Shown piece after piece: positions 6,951 to 11,074 of a DNA stretch of 11,074 bases. The notes under the pieces were generated by a model. It was not told where the DNA came from. It did no database searches and was given only the letters and a program-made list of their open reading frames with translations. The position numbers and the translations under genes were made by a program. The stretch's first letter is position 1, and each line of letters starts with the position of its first letter. Source of the DNA: Archangium sp. (GTDB lineage: Bacteria > Myxococcota > Myxococcia > Myxococcales > Myxococcaceae); the NCBI GenBank assembly GCA_031367385.1, contig JANLPS010000146.1, positions 1-11,074 of the forward strand, given 5' to 3'.

Positions 6951-7669
6951 AGCTGGCGGCGCTGGCGCTGTGCCTTTCGCTCTCAGCAGCCGCGGCCGAC
7001 ACCCGCGAGGAGCGCGAGGCGCTGGCGCACTACGAAGAAGGCATCAAGCGCTACAACCTCGCGCAGTACGACCTGGCGATTGAGAGCTTTCAAGCCGCCT
7101 ACCTGCGCACCAAAGCGCCCGAGCTGCTCTACAACATCGCGCAGGCCTACCGGCTCAAGGGCGCGTGCACGCCTTCGCTCCAGTTTTACCGCAACTACCT
7201 CCGCACGGCGCCACCAGGCGCGAAACGGGCGAGCGTCGAGAAGGCGATTCACGACATGGAGAAATGCGCCGCTGAGGAGGCCTCGGCTCCGGCGGTCAAA
7301 GGCCCAGACGCGGCGCCGGTGATCGTCTCGGTACCGATGATCGTTCAAGCGCCCCCCGCCCCCCTCGAAGTTCGCACGACCTGGGTCTTGCCGGTGTTCG
7401 TGGGAGGAGGCGTCGCCCTCGCCGGGGTGGGCACGGGCCTCATGCTGTGGACCAAGGCCGACGCTGACGCGCTGCGAGCCATCGGGTGCGCTCCGTCGTG
7501 CGATACCAACGCGGTGAATGCGCTGCGAACCCGCCAAACCTTCGGAGTCGCGCTGATCGCCGTCGGCGCAGTCGCCGCGGTGACCGGGCTGGTCTGGTGG
7601 TTCTTCTCGAAACACCTCGAACCTGCGCTGACGGAGGTCTCGCCATCAGGCGCTTCGATTCGGTTCTAG
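6947..7669 (+). CDS. Exported tetratricopeptide-repeat protein with a C-terminal hydrophobic hairpin
   Basis: SD GGGAG 8 nt before ATG 6947; signal peptide MKLAALALCLSLSAAAA. TPR-like A..HYEEG...YN...Y..AI..F..AY...PELLYNIAQAYR..G...L.FYR.YL. Two Gly-rich hydrophobic segments flank CAPSC; the protein ends GASIRF. Confidence 0.85.
   Translation: MKLAALALCLSLSAAAADTREEREALAHYEEGIKRYNLAQYDLAIESFQAAYLRTKAPELLYNIAQAYRLKGACTPSLQFYRNYLRTAPPGAKRASVEKAIHDMEKCAAEEASAPAVKGPDAAPVIVSVPMIVQAPPAPLEVRTTWVLPVFVGGGVALAGVGTGLMLWTKADADALRAIGCAPSCDTNAVNALRTRQTFGVALIAVGAVAAVTGLVWWFFSKHLEPALTEVSPSGASIRF
7633..7647 (+). promoter_or_regulatory. Shine-Dalgarno GGAGGT with a putative non-canonical ATC start codon
   Basis: GGAGGT (7633-7638), 6-nt spacer, ATC (7645-7647) in frame with the RCC1 ORF, giving MRRFDSVLALSSLLVLVGTGC. 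Confidence 0.55.
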
Positions 7670-8856
7670 CTCTGTCGAGCCTGCTGGTGCTCGTGGGCAC
7701 GGGGTGCGTCGACCTCGATGCCCTCGACCGATGCGAGCGAGAGCCCTGCCCTCCGCCCTGCACGGCGCAGGTCGCCGCGGGGTGGTCGCATACCTGTGCA
7801 CGCAAGGCCAATGGCACGGTGTGGTGTTGGGGCATCAACAACGCGAGCCAACTCGGTACCGGCGAATCGGCCAGTGACGTCAAGATGCGCAATGCCCCAA
7901 GCCAAGTGAAAGGCCTCACGGCGGCGACGGCGATCGTTGCGGGTGATTCGCATTCATGTGCCATCGTCGACGGGGGGCAGGCCTGGTGCTGGGGCTACAA
8001 CGGCGATGGCCAGCTCGGCGACGGTCAGATGTTGACGACAAGCAGCGTGCCCGTGCTGACACGCAATGTGAGTGACGCGATCAAAATCGGCGCCGGAGGC
8101 AACACGAGCTGTGCCATTCGCGCCGCCGGGTCGGTCGCCTGCTGGGGCTCGAATGAATTTGGTCAAATCGGCAACGGCGCGACGGCCAATGCGCCCTTGG
8201 CCGTGGCGGTGGGCGGTCTGTCTCACATTGTCGAGCTGGGCGCAGGCATGAGGCACGTGTGCGCGCTCGACGACGCAGGCCGGGTCTGGTGCTGGGGTCA
8301 GAACATCACCGGCCAGCTCGGAGACGGCACCACCGATTCACCGCGGCGAACGCCGGTGGCCGCGCAGATCACCGGAGTCACGCATCTCACTGCGGGGCTG
8401 AATCACACCTGCGCCACGAAGAACGACGGCTCGGTGTGGTGTTGGGGGCAGAACAACCTGGGCCAGGTGGGCCTGTCGACGAGCTCGGCCGCTGAGCCGG
8501 TACCGAAGCAGGTGCCTGCGCTGGCGAACATCGTTGAGATCAACGCGGGTGGGTACGAGCAGGCTGGCCCGATCAGCCACACCTGCGCGCGTGAGCGCAG
8601 CGGGCACGTCTGGTGTTGGGGGTCGAACACCTTTGGGGAGCTTGGCAACGACACCTCGTCGTCACAGGTGAGCGCTCCGAGCACAATCGAGTCGATGCCC
8701 GACGCATTCGCGATCGGCGTTGGCGCGAAGCACTCGTGTGCGATTCGCCGCAACGGCACGCTGTGGTGCTGGGGCTCGAACGATCAAGGCCAGTTGGGTT
8801 CCCTCAACTTCACCGAAGAGCATGTACCCGTCGGCTCGGCGCTGGCGTGCCCGTAG
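7645..8856 (+). CDS. RCC1/BLIP-II-like seven-bladed beta-propeller lipoprotein
   Basis: Seven repeats of AG..H.CA....G.VWCWG.N..GQLG; lipobox GTGC (Cys 7705-7707). The start is uncertain: ATC 7645 preferred, GTG 7597 is an alternative, and the ORF-track start at 7486 lies deep inside the TPR gene. Confidence 0.9.
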   Translation: MRRFDSVLALSSLLVLVGTGCVDLDALDRCEREPCPPPCTAQVAAGWSHTCARKANGTVWCWGINNASQLGTGESASDVKMRNAPSQVKGLTAATAIVAGDSHSCAIVDGGQAWCWGYNGDGQLGDGQMLTTSSVPVLTRNVSDAIKIGAGGNTSCAIRAAGSVACWGSNEFGQIGNGATANAPLAVAVGGLSHIVELGAGMRHVCALDDAGRVWCWGQNITGQLGDGTTDSPRRTPVAAQITGVTHLTAGLNHTCATKNDGSVWCWGQNNLGQVGLSTSSAAEPVPKQVPALANIVEINAGGYEQAGPISHTCARERSGHVWCWGSNTFGELGNDTSSSQVSAPSTIESMPDAFAIGVGAKHSCAIRRNGTLWCWGSNDQGQLGSLNFTEEHVPVGSALACP

Positions 8857-8863
8857 CTCACGG

Positions 8864-11074
8864 TCACTTCGAGATGGGCTCGATGTCTGCCCAGGTTTTA
8901 CCCGCCCAAATGCCCACCGTGAGCGGCACTTCGAGCTCGTAGGCGTGTCGCATGGCGTCGGCGCACACGGTCGCGGCTTGGTCGAGCTCGGCCTCACTGA
9001 CTTCGAACAGCACTTCATCGACCACCTCGACCAAGGGCATCGCAGAAAGCCCGCTCTTTCGCAGCGCTTTGTCTGCCGCGAGCAACGCGCGCCGGGCGAC
9101 ATCGGCGACCGAGCCCTCGTGCGTGCCCCTGCGGGCCAGGCGCTCAGCGTACGATCGAAGCTGGGAGTCGAGTGATTCGAGGCCACCAATCGGCCAATGC
9201 CGCCCCGCCAAGGTGGTGATGAAGCCTTGCGTCTTCGCGAGCTCGAGCTGCTGGTCTTGAAAGGCGCGAACCTGCGCGTACTTGCGATCGAAGCGGGCGA
9301 GGTACTCCTTGGCCTCTGCCGCGGTGACTCCGAGCTGCAGTGCGAGCGCGCTTGGCCCCTGCCCCGCGAACGTCGCGAAGTTGATGACCTTGCCCAGCTG
9401 TCGCTCTGCGTCGGTGAGCGCTTCGATGGGCTTCTCGAGCACGGCCGAGGCCGTCAAACGATGCATGTCGGCGCGAGCCCGGAGCGGCACGACCAACGCC
9501 GGGTCTTTGGTGAGGTGCGCGAGCACATGCAGCCCCAGCTGGTTGAAGTCGACCGACATCAGCATTCGGCCTGGAGGTGCCACGAAGGCCCGGCGTATCT
9601 CGGCCATCTCGGCGGTACGCCCCGGCACACGGCCGAGGTCTGGGTTGCTGTTGATCAACTGCCCCGAGAACGAACGCGCCGGGTGAAAGCGTGAATGCAC
9701 CCGGCCATCGGCGTGAATGCAGCGGCGCAACGCGTGAATCCAATTGTCGCGCAGGCGCCGGAGGGTTCGCCATCGCAACACCAGGCCGACGACGGGGTGG
9801 GCATGCTCGACGCGCTCGAGCGCTTCGTTCGCGGTGCTGTACCCGGTCTTGGTGCGACTGATCACCGGGAGCTTGAGCTCATCGAAGAGCACTTTGCCCA
9901 GCTGAGGTGACGAGTTGATGTTGAACGGGTGCCCGGCGAGCGCCTCGATCTGCCCCTGAAGGCCCTGCTCGATGCCAGCGAAGGCGACTTCGGCCCGGTC
10001 GAGCTGGGCGGTGTCGATGGCGACGCCGTGCAGCTCCATGCGAACGGCCAGCTCGGTCATCTCGAGGTACTCGGCGAGCAGGCTCGGGTCGACCTTCGGC
10101 AGGAGCGCGTCGGTGATGGCGGCCGATGCATCGGCGCGTTGACCCGCGACCTGCCCGGCGCGCTCGATCGGCAGCTCGCTCCAGGCCTTGCGTTCGCCCC
10201 CGGTGCCTCGAACTTCGTCGTCATCGGGCAGTGAGCGACCCAGTACGTGCCGAGCGACCAGGGGCAGCTCGTGGGGGGCCCAGCCGCTGGGCTGAGTGAG
10301 GTGCGACAAGCACGCGGAGTCGACCGTCACCCCGACCAGGTCGATGCCCGCTCGTCGCAAGGTCACCATCGTGGCAACGAGGTCATGGCCACCCTTCGCA
10401 GCCCGTGGGTCTTGAAGCCACGGTACGAGTCGCCCCCACCCAGGGCTTGCGGCGGGCACGAAGAACGCGTCGCCGTCGCCGGTCGCGAGCGCAACGCCGA
10501 AGAGGGTCTCGCGGCCGGGCTCTTGGTCTTCAAGCAGCGCCTCGAGTGAGGCCAAGCGGGTACCGAGGGCCTTCAGGCCTGCGTCGACCTCTTCGGTTGA
10601 AGCGCAGAGTCGGGTGCGGGTGGCTGCTCCGACGCTGATCAGCAGCTCGACGAAGCCGAGCGCCCGGAGCTGCTGGTTGAGGGCGGTGGAATCTGGCGCG
10701 GTGAATGGGGTTTTGGCCCAAGGCAGCGGGAGCGGCCGATGCCGGTCGAGCCGGGCACGGGCCAGGTGCTCGGGGAGCTCCGCGGCTGCGGCGGTGAGGG
10801 CCTTTCGTAAACGGGGCTCGAGGGTTGCCCCAGGTTCGAGCGCGGCTTCGATGGTCGCGTTGGTTTGCAGCAACGTCGTGGCGCCCTTCGCGCCAATGCC
10901 GGTCAACCCGGGCACTTGATCGTCGTCACCGACCATCGCCAGCCAATCGCCAACCCGTGGGGCCTCGACGCCGAACCGTTTCTGAACGACTTCGCGCGTG
11001 TAGCGGGCGTCTTTGTTCGCGTCGTACCACCACACCTTGTCGGTCACGAGCTGGGCGTACCGCTTGTCGATGCC
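8864..11074 (-). CDS. polA: DNA polymerase I-like family A protein (5'-partial), highly divergent active site; probably a paralog rather than the housekeeping Pol I
   Basis: The frame is open to the window edge (GIDKRYAQLVTD...). 5'-nuclease H3TH GD..PG..GIG.K.A; degenerate 3'-5' exo region; thumb FNINSSPQL..VLF..L.LP...TKTGYST; motif A SVDFNQLGL; motif B RQLGKVINF; motif C VVDEVLFEV; C-terminal L.VPL.V....G.TW. Confidence 0.93.
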   Translation of the reverse strand, partial: GIDKRYAQLVTDKVWWYDANKDARYTREVVQKRFGVEAPRVGDWLAMVGDDDQVPGLTGIGAKGATTLLQTNATIEAALEPGATLEPRLRKALTAAAAELPEHLARARLDRHRPLPLPWAKTPFTAPDSTALNQQLRALGFVELLISVGAATRTRLCASTEEVDAGLKALGTRLASLEALLEDQEPGRETLFGVALATGDGDAFFVPAASPGWGRLVPWLQDPRAAKGGHDLVATMVTLRRAGIDLVGVTVDSACLSHLTQPSGWAPHELPLVARHVLGRSLPDDDEVRGTGGERKAWSELPIERAGQVAGQRADASAAITDALLPKVDPSLLAEYLEMTELAVRMELHGVAIDTAQLDRAEVAFAGIEQGLQGQIEALAGHPFNINSSPQLGKVLFDELKLPVISRTKTGYSTANEALERVEHAHPVVGLVLRWRTLRRLRDNWIHALRRCIHADGRVHSRFHPARSFSGQLINSNPDLGRVPGRTAEMAEIRRAFVAPPGRMLMSVDFNQLGLHVLAHLTKDPALVVPLRARADMHRLTASAVLEKPIEALTDAERQLGKVINFATFAGQGPSALALQLGVTAAEAKEYLARFDRKYAQVRAFQDQQLELAKTQGFITTLAGRHWPIGGLESLDSQLRSYAERLARRGTHEGSVADVARRALLAADKALRKSGLSAMPLVEVVDEVLFEVSEAELDQAATVCADAMRHAYELEVPLTVGIWAGKTWADIEPISK

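Noticed and set aside
6494..7144. Diversity-generating retroelement TR/VR pair or CRISPR-like array
   Set aside because: Mismatches involve all four bases and indels rather than adenines only, and no reverse transcriptase is in the window. There is no constant repeat with unique spacers.
7486..7644. ORF-track N-terminus of the RCC1 protein
   Set aside because: Arg-rich off-frame reading inside the TPR gene that would bury the lipoprotein signal.
1656..8924. GCTCACGGT at or near all three convergent gene junctions (1656, 4125, 8856) and inverted at about 5258 and 8916
   Set aside because: Spotted post hoc. Several copies are explained by common codons (ACC GTG AGC, CTC ACG GTG) or a TGA stop. 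It would need a genome-wide enrichment test at convergent ends.

Overview
High-GC bacterial DNA, probably Myxococcota (inferred from gene families only). It is densely coding, with no RNA genes, CRISPR array or mobile element that I can support. Gene order: 5'-truncated cheB with an extra C-terminal receiver-like domain (+); small lipoprotein (+); DUF4082/FN3 lipoprotein (-, 1-nt frameshift near its end) divergent from a secreted beta-helix-type protein (+); Myxococcales-type ECF-like sigma factor (-) divergent from an operon (+) of a zinc-finger (ZAS-like) Ser/Thr kinase, three decayed copies of the next gene's 5' end, a TPR membrane protein, and a 7-blade RCC1/BLIP-II lipoprotein that appears to start at ATC; then a 5'-truncated DNA polymerase I-like gene (-). 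The strongest lead is this polymerase. It keeps both catalytic Asp and the motif B Arg/Lys, but has Gly at the steric-gate Glu (the state of T7-type RNA polymerases) and substitutions at most minor-groove and template-contacting residues. Other leads: possible FN3 donor-strand complementation between the two divergent secreted proteins, the sigma/ZAS-kinase/TPR/RCC1 trans-envelope module, and the decayed tandem gene-start copies. All family calls come from motif recognition by eye; no searches were run.
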